IMG/VR virus record: IMGVR_UViG_3300026283_000083
Location: 1-42,033 of that record
Length of the DNA: 42,033 nucleotides
Source of the DNA: a virus
Taxonomy: Duplodnaviria; Caudoviricetes
Direction: 5' to 3' (one strand)
Shown: positions 24,592 through 35,487 of the stretch, piece by piece
How the letters are laid out: each line of letters opens with the position of its first letter
Position numbering within the stretch: the stretch's first letter is position 1
Translations under genes and position numbers: made by a program
The notes under the pieces: model-generated
The model's database searches: none
Seen by the model: only the letters and a program-made list of their open reading frames with translations
What the model was told of the DNA's origin: nothing

Positions 24592-25194
24592 ATGGCCACG
24601 CTGAACCTTGCCACCTCCGGGATCGTCGGTCAGGCCCTGCGCTTTGCCGAAGTGGCGCCGATTTCCGCCTTCGGCGACGACAGCGAGATGGCCCGCGATA
24701 CCGCCGCCTGCTATGGCGTTGCGCTGGCCGAATGCCTGGAGGCGGCCGACTGGTCCTTTGCCAGCACCCTGTCGCGGCTGTACGCCTTTGCCATCCTGCC
24801 CGCGGGCGCCGTCGCCGACGACGATCTGCCCTATCTCTTTGCCCTGCCCGCCGGTCTTGTGGCGGTGCGCGAGGTCGGCGGCCCCTGGACCAAATGGCGC
24901 CGCGATGCCGAAGGCATCCGCGCCGACGAGGCCGGGCCGCTGCGTGTGCGCTACACCCGGCTGGTGGACAGCGAAGCCACCATGCCGTCCGCCTTCCGCA
25001 AGGCCGTGGCGGCGCGGCTTGGCGCCCTGCTGGCCCCCCGCTGGGGCGGCGCCACATCCAAGACGCAATGGCTGGAGGAGCTGTCGGCAGCGGCGCTGAA
25101 CAAGGCGCTGGAGGGCGATGCCCGGCAGGCATCCTCCCTGCGCTATGACGGCGGGCCCGAACAGGGCGACTGGCTGTCCGAGGCGACGGCATGA
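24592..25194 (+). CDS. tail tubular protein A/adaptor (T7 gp11-like, 200 aa)
   Basis: IVGQAL...WSFA...YLFALP...MPSAFRKAVAARL. Confidence 0.8.
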   Translation: MATLNLATSGIVGQALRFAEVAPISAFGDDSEMARDTAACYGVALAECLEAADWSFASTLSRLYAFAILPAGAVADDDLPYLFALPAGLVAVREVGGPWTKWRRDAEGIRADEAGPLRVRYTRLVDSEATMPSAFRKAVAARLGALLAPRWGGATSKTQWLEELSAAALNKALEGDARQASSLRYDGGPEQGDWLSEATA

Positions 25195-27401
25195 AGACAG
25201 CCCCGGCGCAGCTTGCCTTTTCCAGCGGCGAGATCGACCCGCTGCTGCACCGACGCGCCGATTACCAGCGCCACCAGACCGGCATGGCCGCCTGCAGGGG
25301 CTTCCTGCCGCTGGCGCAGGGCGGGTTCACCCGCGCCCCGGGCACCATCCGGCGCGGCCGGACGCGGGCCGATGCGGCCGGCGTGCTCTTGCCCTTCAGT
25401 TTTGCCGAGGATGACAGCGTGGTGCTGGAGTTCACCCCCGGCAAGATGCGCGTCTGGCGCTATGGCGCGCTGGTCCTGTCCGGGGCGAGCCCCTACGAAC
25501 TGACCGTGCCCTTCGGCGCCGATGACCTGGCCAACCTGCGCTATGTCCAGTCGGCCGATGTGATCTATCTGGCCGACGGCGCGCGGCCGATCCAGCGGCT
25601 GGAGCGCCGCGCGCTGGACAATTGGGCCATCGCCGATTTCCTGCCCGACACCGGCCCCTTCCGGGTGCAGAACCTGGACGAGGACGTGGTGATCCATGCC
25701 TCTGCGCTGGAGGGCGTCGTCACGCTGACGGCATCGGACGATGTGTTCAACGCCGGCCATATCGGCAGCCTGCTGCAGCTGGAGCCCTACACCGACACGG
25801 TCACCGCCGTCTGGGCGCCCAACGGCTTCAGCTACATCAATGCCATCTGGCGCTATGGCGCAAACTACTACCGTCTGATCGACCTGACCGGCAACTGGGG
25901 CGCCACGCCGCCGACCCATACCGAAGGCCAGGTGCGCCACGAGGGCGATACGATCTGGGAATGGCTGACAGACGGGCGCGGCGTGGTGCGGATCCTGGCC
26001 GTGACCGATGCGCAGCACGCAACGGCTCAGGTGCTGCGGTTCCTGTCGCCCGGCATCGTTCACGACGGCACCTATCGCTGGTCCTGGGGGGCCTGGTCGG
26101 CCGTCCATGGCTGGCCGTCCGAGATCGAGCTGTACGACCAGCGTATGGCGGCGGCGGCAACCCCAACCGAGCCGCGCACCGTGTGGTTTTCGGGCGTGGG
26201 CGACTTCTCGGACTGGGCGCCTTCGACCGAGGCCGATGGAGCTTTTGCCTATGCCATCGCGGGCGACGGATCGGTGAACCGCATCGTCAACCTGTGCCGG
26301 GCTCGCACCGGCCTGCACATCCTTGCCCTGGGCGAGGAGTATTCGACCCGCGCCGAAAGCCGCGCCGCCGTGATCGGCCCGACCAATGCCGTCTTCGGGC
26401 TGGACAGCGCCATCGGAGCTTCGCCGTCGCGGCCCATTGCGCCATCGGGCGCGCCGATCTTCATTTCGGCAGACCGCCGGCGCGTGGTGCAGATCGCCTA
26501 CAGTTTCCAGTCCGATGCCAACGACGCCAGCATCCTGTCGCGGCCGGCGCAGCACCTGGGCACGGGCGGGTTTGCGCAGATCGTCTGGCAGGGGTCACCG
26601 GAACCGATCGCCTGGCTGCGCCGTGCGACCGGCGACCTGGTCGCCATGCTGCATGACCAGGCCGAAGAGGTGCTGGGATGGGCTGTCGTGCCTGTGGCCG
26701 GTGGCGTGGTGGAGGCCATGGCCGTGACGCCGGCGGCCGACGGCAGCCGCGATGTGGTGACGATGATCGTGCGGCGGGTCCTGAACGGTGTCACCGTGCG
26801 CTGCATCGAGGAGCTGGCCCCCACCTTCGTGTCGTTGGCCGACGATGCCGCCGCGCATGAGGCCTGCCACCTGTTCTGCGCGGCCCGCTTCGACCTGGGC
26901 GCGCCGGCCGCCGCGCTGTCCGTGCCCCATCTGGCGGGCGAGGCGGTGCATGTCTGGTCGGACTATGGCCCCATGGGCCCGCTGACGGTGGCGGGCGACG
27001 GCACGCTGGCCCTGCCGGCCAATGTGCAGCACGGCTGGGTCGGCCTGTTCGATGCCGGCCATCTGGCCGAGACGCTGGACATCCGCGCGGCCGCGCCCGA
27101 CGGCGAAAGCTGGGGACGCCGCAAGCGCCTGTCCAGCGTGGCGCTGGCGCTGCACCGCAGCTGCGCCGGCACTGCCCAGGCCATCGAGCGCGATTTCAAC
27201 ATGCCCGAGCGGCCCTTCATGGCGCCCTTGTCCTTTGGTGGCACCCCCGTGCTGACCGAGCCGGTCACCCTGAAATCCGGCTGGCAGAAGCTGAACCTGC
27301 CCACCGGCTATGCCACCGAGGTGTCGATCCGGCTGCGTCCCGTGGGCGGCGCGCCGCTGACCGTCACCGGCCTGGTGCCCCGCGTCGAGGAGAGCGGCTG
27401 A
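25191..27401 (+). CDS. tail tubular protein B/nozzle (T7 gp12-like, 736 aa)
   Basis: FSSGEIDP, QGGFTRAPGT, QSADVIYL, GWPS...YDQR, VWFS motifs. Confidence 0.88.
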   Translation: MKTAPAQLAFSSGEIDPLLHRRADYQRHQTGMAACRGFLPLAQGGFTRAPGTIRRGRTRADAAGVLLPFSFAEDDSVVLEFTPGKMRVWRYGALVLSGASPYELTVPFGADDLANLRYVQSADVIYLADGARPIQRLERRALDNWAIADFLPDTGPFRVQNLDEDVVIHASALEGVVTLTASDDVFNAGHIGSLLQLEPYTDTVTAVWAPNGFSYINAIWRYGANYYRLIDLTGNWGATPPTHTEGQVRHEGDTIWEWLTDGRGVVRILAVTDAQHATAQVLRFLSPGIVHDGTYRWSWGAWSAVHGWPSEIELYDQRMAAAATPTEPRTVWFSGVGDFSDWAPSTEADGAFAYAIAGDGSVNRIVNLCRARTGLHILALGEEYSTRAESRAAVIGPTNAVFGLDSAIGASPSRPIAPSGAPIFISADRRRVVQIAYSFQSDANDASILSRPAQHLGTGGFAQIVWQGSPEPIAWLRRATGDLVAMLHDQAEEVLGWAVVPVAGGVVEAMAVTPAADGSRDVVTMIVRRVLNGVTVRCIEELAPTFVSLADDAAAHEACHLFCAARFDLGAPAAALSVPHLAGEAVHVWSDYGPMGPLTVAGDGTLALPANVQHGWVGLFDAGHLAETLDIRAAAPDGESWGRRKRLSSVALALHRSCAGTAQAIERDFNMPERPFMAPLSFGGTPVLTEPVTLKSGWQKLNLPTGYATEVSIRLRPVGGAPLTVTGLVPRVEESG

Positions 27402-27937
27402 TGTGCATTCCAGCAGCTCTTGCGGCCGTGGCGCCGCTGGTTGGGGCCGGAACGGCGACCGGGGCAACCGCCCTGGCCACCACCCTGCAAACCGTGGGGA
27501 CCATCGCCGGCATCGGCGGCGCCGTGGCCCAGGGCGTGCAGGGCTGGCAGGCCGGCCAGATGCAGCAACAGGCGCTGAAGGACCAGGCGAAGACCGAGGC
27601 CGCGCTGACGGCCGAACAGGATACCCGCCAGCGCAGCCGGTTCCTGTCGGCCATCCGGCAGCAGCGGGCCGAACTGGCCGGGCGCGGCGTGACACTGGAC
27701 AGCCCGACCAGCATTGCCCTGGGCCAGGCGGCGGGCCGCGAGATGAGCTTTGAAAGCCAGGCCCTTCGGTCAGCCGGCGCGGCGCGCCAGACCGAGCTGG
27801 GCTGGGCCGCCAAGGCCGCGCGGCTGCAGGGCGCGTCGTCGCTGCTGCGCGGCTTTTCGTCGGCCGCGGGCACCCTGATGCAAGCGGCGCCGGACCTGTG
27901 GCCCGGCTTCATGCGCGACCCGGTGGAGGGCGTCTGA
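27401..27937 (+). CDS. internal virion/ejection protein (gp14-like, 178 aa)
   Basis: MC start, Gly/Ala hydrophobic N-terminus, QRAELAGRGVTLDSPTS. Confidence 0.8.
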   Translation: MCIPAALAAVAPLVGAGTATGATALATTLQTVGTIAGIGGAVAQGVQGWQAGQMQQQALKDQAKTEAALTAEQDTRQRSRFLSAIRQQRAELAGRGVTLDSPTSIALGQAAGREMSFESQALRSAGAARQTELGWAAKAARLQGASSLLRGFSSAAGTLMQAAPDLWPGFMRDPVEGV

Positions 27938-27938
27938 C

Positions 27939-30101
27939 ATGGCGCTGACCGTTCCCACCGCTGGCGTCATCGCGGGGGCCGCGCCGAATGTGCAGGTGCC
28001 GGTGCCCGACACCGGCGCGGTGCTGAGCGAGTTCGGCGGCAAGATGGCCGAGATCGCCGGGCGCTGGAAACAGGAGCGGCTGGATACACAGGGCCGCCGC
28101 GCCGTGCTGGGCATGACGCGCGACCTGGGCGCCCTGCGCCAGGAGGTGCAGCAGATGCCCGACCCCGAGGCGGCCGCCGCCACCTGGGACCGCCGCGCCG
28201 CCGAAATCCGCAGCACGTACTTCACCGAAGGGCTGGACCCCAGCCTTGCAACGGAAATGGACCTGGCCTGGACCGAGCTGAAGGACCGGCATGACTACGA
28301 CCTTGGCGGGTGGATGATCGGCCAGCGGTCGAGCTGGCAAAATGCGGAATGGGTGGCCCAGTCCGCCGAAATCTCGGCCGCCGCTGTCGGCGCAGACGAC
28401 ACCACCTTCGAGGCGCTTCTGGGTCAGGCACAGGCCGGCATCGAGGCGCGGCTGGCCAGCGGCGCGATCACGCCTGAACAGGCCGCAGTGGAGTGGAGCG
28501 AGAAGCAGGCGGAACTGTACGGGACCAAGGCGAACGGCCTGATCAGCGCCGACCCGCAGGCCTTCATCGACGCCGCCGGACGGGGTGAATTCGCGGGCCT
28601 GGGCGCCGGGCTGGACGGCAAGATCGGCGAGGCCAATGCAGAGCTGGCCAGCCGCGCCGCCAAGGAAGCCGTTGCCGCCAAGGATGCCTATGGCCGCTGG
28701 ACGGCGCAGCAGAAGGACCAGCTGCGCGAGGGCACCTCCATCCTGCTGTCCGGCTCTCGCTTTGAAAATCGCGCCCAAGCCGATGCCGCCCTGGCCAGCG
28801 ACCCCGATCTGGCCGGCTCGCCCGAGGGGCGGGCCTATGCCGCCGCCGTGCGAGTGTCCACCGTCCTGCCGGCCTATGCGACCCTGCCGCTGGACGAAAA
28901 ACGCAAGCTGCTGGCCGAACAGCAGGCGGTGCCGGTTTCGGAAAGCACCGACACCAAGCTGATCGACGGCATGAAGGCGTCGATCGCCGCCCATGAGGCG
29001 GCCCTGCGCGACGGCACGATCTGGACCTTTGCCACGCAGGCCAATGTCATCAAGCCGACGCAGGCAGAACTTCCGCCGCCGCAGGCCACGTCCGACGACG
29101 ATCTGCGCATCGCCTTGCGCAACCGGGCCATGATCGACGCCGCAGGGCTGCAAGCCACCGGGCTGACCGGCAAGGATGCGAAGGACCAGCCGCTGCCGCC
29201 GCCGGTCTTCACCCCCGAAGAGCGGGCGCAATGGGCGCCGCTGGCCGACAAGATGGCCAGCCCCGGCGACCGCGCCCGGCTGGCCGGCCTTCTGGGCAGC
29301 CTGCCGCAGGAAACCGCCGAGCGGGCGGCGCGTGAGTTGGGGGCGGACGGGCTGTTCACCTATGTCGGCAGCGGCATGGCCGTGGGCGCCTTCCGCCCGG
29401 AAGTGCCGACCCGCATGTTCGAGGGCGTCCGCGCCCAAGAGAACGGCGATGTGAAGCTGGCGCCGCAGACAGCGCGCCGCAGCAAGTTCTTCACGGACTT
29501 CGGGGCGCTGTTCAGCGATGGCACCGTGACCCTGGAGGGTGGGCGCACGGTCGATGAAAGCGCGACCCGCAACAATATCATCGCGGCGGCCGATGCCTAC
29601 TATGCCTATCTCGTGCGCGGCACGGACAAGGCGCTGGACGGCGCTACCATTAACGAGGCGATCTACAAGGACGCCCTGCACGCGGCCTTGGGCGGCCAGG
29701 GCGCCTTTGGCGACAGCTCTGCCCCCGGCGGGCTGGGTGAACTGTCCAGCGCCAGCGGAAGCTACACCACGATCCTGCCGCCGTGGATCAGCGCCGACCA
29801 GGTTGAGGCCGCGCGCCGGGTTGCCATCATGGGCTTCGCCGGGGCGCCCAAGACGGGCAAGCCCCCGGCCTGGACGGCTGATGCCGCAGGATGGCGCGCC
29901 ATCAGCGCCGAAGGGCAAATCCCCGACATCGATGGCCAGTTGCCCAGTTCCGGCACCTTCGCGGCGCTTCAACTGGACCCGGTGGAGGGCAACGTCTACA
30001 CGCTGAAGACCGCGAAGGGCGTGACGGTCACCGACGCCAGCGGCCAGCCCTTCCTTCTGGACATCACCAAGTTCGCCGCCCTGGCCGGGGGTGCCCCGTG
30101 A
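27939..30101 (+). CDS. internal virion/ejection protein (720 aa)
   Basis: Synteny; Ala-rich helical composition. Confidence 0.7.
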   Translation: MALTVPTAGVIAGAAPNVQVPVPDTGAVLSEFGGKMAEIAGRWKQERLDTQGRRAVLGMTRDLGALRQEVQQMPDPEAAAATWDRRAAEIRSTYFTEGLDPSLATEMDLAWTELKDRHDYDLGGWMIGQRSSWQNAEWVAQSAEISAAAVGADDTTFEALLGQAQAGIEARLASGAITPEQAAVEWSEKQAELYGTKANGLISADPQAFIDAAGRGEFAGLGAGLDGKIGEANAELASRAAKEAVAAKDAYGRWTAQQKDQLREGTSILLSGSRFENRAQADAALASDPDLAGSPEGRAYAAAVRVSTVLPAYATLPLDEKRKLLAEQQAVPVSESTDTKLIDGMKASIAAHEAALRDGTIWTFATQANVIKPTQAELPPPQATSDDDLRIALRNRAMIDAAGLQATGLTGKDAKDQPLPPPVFTPEERAQWAPLADKMASPGDRARLAGLLGSLPQETAERAARELGADGLFTYVGSGMAVGAFRPEVPTRMFEGVRAQENGDVKLAPQTARRSKFFTDFGALFSDGTVTLEGGRTVDESATRNNIIAAADAYYAYLVRGTDKALDGATINEAIYKDALHAALGGQGAFGDSSAPGGLGELSSASGSYTTILPPWISADQVEAARRVAIMGFAGAPKTGKPPAWTADAAGWRAISAEGQIPDIDGQLPSSGTFAALQLDPVEGNVYTLKTAKGVTVTDASGQPFLLDITKFAALAGGAP

Positions 30102-33025
30102 CCTGGTTCCTGAAGGACAGGCTGGAGGCCACCGTCGAGCCGCTGACCCGGCAGGTGACGGATGCCTGGGAGGAGTTCGGCGGCAGCGCGCGACTGGCGC
30201 AGTTGCAGGGCGGCACCTGGAACCCGCGCGAGGGCATCGAGGCCGACATCATGGACGAGATGGCACAGGCCCTGGGCGGGTGGGATGCCGTGATGCCGAC
30301 GCGCCCCGAAGATATGTCGCGCTTTTGGAACCCGGCAACGCGCCCGGATTACCTGATGGATCGCGCCCAGGACATGATCCGCATGGAGCCGGAAGCCTGG
30401 GGTCCCCTGCCGCAGAACCGTGCGCAGTTCGATGGCGAGACAGACGGCCGGTACACCCGCGAGGGCAACGACCTGATGGCCATGCAGGCCGCGGGCGATC
30501 ACCCGTGGATGCAAACCTTCGGGGCCATGGTGGGCTCCATCGGACCCACCGACGTGGCGCTGGCCCTGATCGGCGGCGAGTTCTTCACCGGCGGCAAGAT
30601 CACCGGCAAGGCGCTGGCCAAGTTCATGCTGGCCGAAGGCGCGATCAACGCCGCCGCCGAAGTGCCGCATGTGATCGCAGCGCAGGACATCGCCGAAAAG
30701 TATGGCTGGCCCGCCCCGAATGCCGCCGCGCAGATCGCCATGGGCGCCGTGGCCGGAACCGGCCTTGCCGGCATCGTCGGTGGCGCGATGACCGTGGTCG
30801 AGCGCCTGGCCGGCCGCCGTGTCGCCGAAGATGCCGCCGCCCGAGCCGCGGGCAAGTCCACGCTGGATACCCAGGCTGCGACCGACCGGGCCGAGGATGC
30901 CTTGCGGGCGGGGCGTGAGCCGAGAATGCAGCCCATCAGGCCGAACCCTCAGTTGCCTGCCGAGCAGGACCCAGCTGTTCTGAACTTCCTGAAGCTTACC
31001 GGCCAGCTGGAGGCCCCCCGCGGCTTTGACCAGGTGTACAGCGGCACCATTGTCGCGCCGCCCCGCGCGCTGACGACGATGACCGTGCGCGAAGTGATGG
31101 ACTGGCAGCAGGCCAACATCGCAGCGGGGGCCGCCAGCACCGCCGCCGGGCGGTTCCAGATCATTTCGGGCACCCTGACCGATGTGGTGCGCGAGATGGG
31201 GCTGACCGGAGACGAGGTGTTCGACGAGGCGTTGCAGACGCGGATGGCTGTCCATCTGATGAAGCGCAAGGGGCTGGACGACTGGCGCGCCGGGCGCATG
31301 TCGGACGAGGACTTCGCCAATGCGATGGCCACGGAATGGGCCGCCTTGCCCGTTGTGACCGGGCCGAACGCGGGCCGCAGCCACTATGCCGGCGACGGGT
31401 TGAACAACGCCTTGACCGATGTGGACACGGTGCTGGCCGTCCTGCGTGGCGCAGAAGCGCCTGACAATCCGCCCGGCGGCGGATCAGGCTATGCAGGCGG
31501 CGCAAGCAGGCAGCGCTCGGGCCGGTCGCGCACCACGGCCCCCGACGAGGTTGTGACGCCGCAGGGCACGCGCATCGAAGTCACCTATCGGGTGGTGGAG
31601 GCGGACAGCCTGATCCCGGCATCCGGCGACTTGCAACCGCGTGATCGCAGCCGGGCAGCCAGCGGCGACCAGGTCAACGAGATCAAGGCCGCCTTCGACC
31701 CGACGATGCTGATGCCGCGCGCCGAAAGCGACTTGGGCACGCCCATCGTCGGCCCCGACAGCATCATCGAGAGCGGCAACGGCCGCGTGCTGGCCATCAA
31801 GGCGGTGGCGGCCGAGAACCCCGAAGCCTTTGGCCGGTATGTGCAGGCAATCCGCGACGAAGGCTTTGACGTGCCCGAAGGCATGAGGGTGCCGGTGCTG
31901 GTGGCGGAGCGCACCACCGACCTGCCGTTCGAGGCGCGTCGCAACTTCGTGCGCGAAAGCAACCTGCCGCGCGGGGCCCGGCTGTCGGCCACGGAGCAGG
32001 CACGGTTCGACGCCGACTATCTGGGGCAGGATGCCTTTGACGCCTATCGCCCCGGCAAGGGCATCGCCAAGGCCGACAACGCCGAATTCGTGCGCCGCAT
32101 CTTCGCGCAGATGAGCCCGGCCGAGCGCGGGGCGCTGATGGACCGCACCGGCGGGCTGAACGTGGACGGGCTGGACCGCATCCGTGCCGCCTTGTTCGCG
32201 CGCGCCTTCGATGGCGCGCCGGACCTGTTGCAGCTGGCGCTGGAAACCGAAAGCCGGTCGGTGACCAACCTGATCCGCATGTTGCAGGACATGGCGCCCG
32301 ACTGGGCCGCCTTCCGGGCGATGATCGACGCCGGCATGGTGCGCCGGGAGTTCGACATCACCGGCGCGATGATGGAGGCGGTGCGCATCATCGCCCGGGC
32401 GCGGTCGGAAGGGCGGGACGGCCAGTCCATCATCGCGGCGATCCGCGACCGGCTGGCGCAGGGCGACATGTTCGCCGCGCGCGATCCGCTGACCGAGGCG
32501 CTGATCGACGCCTTCTACAAGGGCGACCGGGCGCGCGGCGTGGATGCCACGCAGGAAATCCTGGAACGCTATGCCGCCGAGGCGGTGGTGGCCGGCCGGC
32601 ATGACATCGCCGACCTGACCGATGCCCCGCCGGCGCCGGACGAGGTGCTGGCCCGCGCCATCGCCGGGCAGGAAGGCCGCACGCCGTTCGACCCGCTGCC
32701 CGCCCGGGTGGAGCCGCCGCCGGAGCCGGGCACCGTCATCGCCGCCATGGACCCTGCGCCCTGGACGGATGGCACCGCGGGGCCAGAGGCGCAGGCGGCG
32801 GATGCGGCTCTGACCGATACGCTGTTCGGACCGGAACCCGATCCCATCCCGGCCACGGCGGACAGCCCGGCCATTCAGCCGCCCCGCCCGAAGGACCCGG
32901 GCATCGAGGTCAAGCTGCCCGACGGGGACAAGCTCACCGCAGCCAAGGCGCTGGAGTTGATCGAGGACGAGCGCCAGCTGGACGACGTGCTGGAAGCCTG
33001 CCGCATTTCAAGGGGGGCGCGATGA
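30098..33025 (+). CDS. ejection protein with lysozyme-like and ddrB-like ParB domains (975 aa)
   Basis: GTG start overlapping previous stop; STAAGRFQII..T/ATEWAALP (about 30970-31450); YRVVEA..L/LQPRDRSRAAS/GTPIV...IESGNGR (about 31540-32300). Confidence 0.8.
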   Translation: MTWFLKDRLEATVEPLTRQVTDAWEEFGGSARLAQLQGGTWNPREGIEADIMDEMAQALGGWDAVMPTRPEDMSRFWNPATRPDYLMDRAQDMIRMEPEAWGPLPQNRAQFDGETDGRYTREGNDLMAMQAAGDHPWMQTFGAMVGSIGPTDVALALIGGEFFTGGKITGKALAKFMLAEGAINAAAEVPHVIAAQDIAEKYGWPAPNAAAQIAMGAVAGTGLAGIVGGAMTVVERLAGRRVAEDAAARAAGKSTLDTQAATDRAEDALRAGREPRMQPIRPNPQLPAEQDPAVLNFLKLTGQLEAPRGFDQVYSGTIVAPPRALTTMTVREVMDWQQANIAAGAASTAAGRFQIISGTLTDVVREMGLTGDEVFDEALQTRMAVHLMKRKGLDDWRAGRMSDEDFANAMATEWAALPVVTGPNAGRSHYAGDGLNNALTDVDTVLAVLRGAEAPDNPPGGGSGYAGGASRQRSGRSRTTAPDEVVTPQGTRIEVTYRVVEADSLIPASGDLQPRDRSRAASGDQVNEIKAAFDPTMLMPRAESDLGTPIVGPDSIIESGNGRVLAIKAVAAENPEAFGRYVQAIRDEGFDVPEGMRVPVLVAERTTDLPFEARRNFVRESNLPRGARLSATEQARFDADYLGQDAFDAYRPGKGIAKADNAEFVRRIFAQMSPAERGALMDRTGGLNVDGLDRIRAALFARAFDGAPDLLQLALETESRSVTNLIRMLQDMAPDWAAFRAMIDAGMVRREFDITGAMMEAVRIIARARSEGRDGQSIIAAIRDRLAQGDMFAARDPLTEALIDAFYKGDRARGVDATQEILERYAAEAVVAGRHDIADLTDAPPAPDEVLARAIAGQEGRTPFDPLPARVEPPPEPGTVIAAMDPAPWTDGTAGPEAQAADAALTDTLFGPEPDPIPATADSPAIQPPRPKDPGIEVKLPDGDKLTAAKALELIEDERQLDDVLEACRISRGAR

Positions 33026-35487
33026 GCCTGGCCGATTGCCTGAACACCGCCGTGCAGGGCGGCGAGCTGAAGCCCGAGATCGCCCAGAAGGTGGCGAAGG
33101 AATACGAGGCGCTGCGCCAGAAGTATGCCGCCAAGCCCGGCGTGAGCGCGGCGGAGGCAGAGCGCGCGGCGGGCGACGACATCATCGAGCGGATCACCAA
33201 GGACGTGCGCGCCCGGCGCCATGCGACCCTGCACCAGCTGCGGGTGATGGAGGCGAACCAGCTGCGCTATGGGGCCGAGCCGTGGAAGAACCCCGGCCTG
33301 ATCCGCAAGGACACCCAAGCCGTGCGCGACATGTCCCGCGTGGTGGAGCGCCACCTGTTCGGCACGATGCACGATGCCCTGAAGGCCTTTCACACCAATG
33401 CCCTGGGGGTGGTGCGCAACCGCGCGCTGCTGAAAGAGGTGGTGATGGAGCTGCACGGGCAGGCCAGCGGCAACCCGGCCGCCAAGGAACTGGCGACGGC
33501 CATCACCGCCACGTTCGAGAAGGCCCGCGCCTGGGCCAATTCCCTGGGCATGGACATCGGCAAGCTGGAGGACTTCGGCCTGCCGCACAGCCATGATGCG
33601 GCCAGGCTGCGCAAGGCCGGTTTCGATGCATGGTTCCGCGAGCTGTACGACAGCCGCCGGCTGGACTGGTCGCGGATCATCGACCCGCGCACGGAAAAGC
33701 CGTTTGCCGTGGCGAAGGGGTCGCGTCCGCTGCGGCAGGATGCCGAGGCCTATCTGAAGGACCGGTTCGACGCCATCGTGACGGACGGCTGGGCCTTCCG
33801 CGAGCCCAGCATGGCCTTCAAGGGCACGTCCTTTGCCGCCCGCCATTCCGAACACCGCAGCCTGCACTTCCTGTCGGGCGAGGACTGGTGGGCCTACAAC
33901 GAAGTCTTCGGGCGATCTAACCCGCTGGACGCGATCCTGAACCACGTCAAGGCCATGTCGCGCGAGATCGCGCTGATGCAGAAGTTCGGGCCGAACCCGA
34001 AGATGGGGCTGGACCATGCGATCCAAGTGGTGGAGGCGGCGTCGGCCACCGCCGATCTTGGGGACAAGGCGCGCAAGCACCTGAATTCCGAACTCAGCAA
34101 GGCAAAGCTGGACCTGGCCCTTCTGACCGGCGAGGCCAACAAGCCGGTCGATGAAACCATTGCCCGTGCCTTTGGGGCGACCCGTAACCTGATGGTCGCC
34201 GCGAACCTTGCCGGCGCGGCGTTCTGGACGCCGTTTGACCATGTGAATTCCGCGCTGGCCGCACGGATGGTGGGCCAATCGGCCAGCGGACCGTTCATGC
34301 AGTCCTTGAAGTCCATGTTCGGGCGCATGTCGCCCCAGGACGCGGCCGAGCTGGGTCTTTTGCTGGAGACCTGGACCGATGGCCTGTCGGCCCAGGCGCG
34401 ACAGATGGGCGAGAACATCTGGGCGCCCGAGTTCAGCCGCCGGATCACCGGCTTTGTCTTCCGCGCCTCGCTGATGAACATGGTCACCGACCACAACCGG
34501 CGCGGCATCATGCATACCTTCGGGCTGGAGCTGGGGGCGGACGCGGGCAAAACCTTCGACCATCTCGACAGCCAGATGCAGACCTTCATGCGGGCCAATG
34601 ACATCGGCCCGGCCGACTGGGATGCGATGCGCGCGCATCTGTACACCGACCGCGCCGGCGGGCGGAACATCAACGACAAGGTGTTCCTGACCCGCACGTC
34701 GCTGCCCGAAGACCAGGCCCGCGACATCGCCCTGCGGTGGGGCGCAATGGTCGAACAGCACGCCGACATGACGATGAACGTCAACAACCAGAGGGTGGCG
34801 ACCGGGCTGCATGTCACGCCAGGCGATCTCGGGGGCGAGATCTCGAAAGGCTCGCTCCGCATGTTCAAAAGTTACAGCTTTAACTTCATCGCGAACCAGG
34901 CGCGGCGGATCGCCCAGATCCAGGGCGTGCCCAACAAGTACGCCTACGGGGTGGCCGTGCTCGGGATCACCACGATCACAGGCGCCGTCATGCTTTCCCT
35001 GGAGGACATTCGGGCGGGCCGGGACCCCAGGCCATGGGACAGCGGACCCTTCTGGTATGCGGCGTTCTTGAAAGGTGGCGGCCTCGGGATCATCGGCGAC
35101 CTGTTCTTTGCCGACGCCAGCCGCGCGGGCGGCGGGCCGGTCGAGACACTGGCCGGCCCCATCGCCGGACTGGTCGGCCAGACCGTGCGCACCGGCCAGG
35201 CCGCGATCAGCGGCGACAATTTCGGGGGTGAAGCCGTGCGGCTGGCGCGCAGCGTTACGCCCGGCGCCAATTATCAGCCGCCTCTGCCCCTGCCCACGCG
35301 ACTGGCCATCGAGCGGCTGTTCTGGGACCAGCTGCAACTTTGGCTGGACCCCGGCGCGCCCGAGCGGTTCCGCCGCGATGCCCGGCGCCGCCAGAAGGAG
35401 TTCGGCCAGGGCTACTTCTGGCGCAAGGGCGAGCTTGTGCCTGACCGCGCCCCCGACCTTTCCAACATCCTTGGAGGCACCCCGTGA
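33022..35487 (+). CDS. large internal virion/ejection protein (821 aa)
   Basis: LPHSHD, FGPNP, FKSYSF, AFLKGGGLGIIGDLFF motifs; synteny. Confidence 0.78.
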   Translation: MSLADCLNTAVQGGELKPEIAQKVAKEYEALRQKYAAKPGVSAAEAERAAGDDIIERITKDVRARRHATLHQLRVMEANQLRYGAEPWKNPGLIRKDTQAVRDMSRVVERHLFGTMHDALKAFHTNALGVVRNRALLKEVVMELHGQASGNPAAKELATAITATFEKARAWANSLGMDIGKLEDFGLPHSHDAARLRKAGFDAWFRELYDSRRLDWSRIIDPRTEKPFAVAKGSRPLRQDAEAYLKDRFDAIVTDGWAFREPSMAFKGTSFAARHSEHRSLHFLSGEDWWAYNEVFGRSNPLDAILNHVKAMSREIALMQKFGPNPKMGLDHAIQVVEAASATADLGDKARKHLNSELSKAKLDLALLTGEANKPVDETIARAFGATRNLMVAANLAGAAFWTPFDHVNSALAARMVGQSASGPFMQSLKSMFGRMSPQDAAELGLLLETWTDGLSAQARQMGENIWAPEFSRRITGFVFRASLMNMVTDHNRRGIMHTFGLELGADAGKTFDHLDSQMQTFMRANDIGPADWDAMRAHLYTDRAGGRNINDKVFLTRTSLPEDQARDIALRWGAMVEQHADMTMNVNNQRVATGLHVTPGDLGGEISKGSLRMFKSYSFNFIANQARRIAQIQGVPNKYAYGVAVLGITTITGAVMLSLEDIRAGRDPRPWDSGPFWYAAFLKGGGLGIIGDLFFADASRAGGGPVETLAGPIAGLVGQTVRTGQAAISGDNFGGEAVRLARSVTPGANYQPPLPLPTRLAIERLFWDQLQLWLDPGAPERFRRDARRRQKEFGQGYFWRKGELVPDRAPDLSNILGGTP

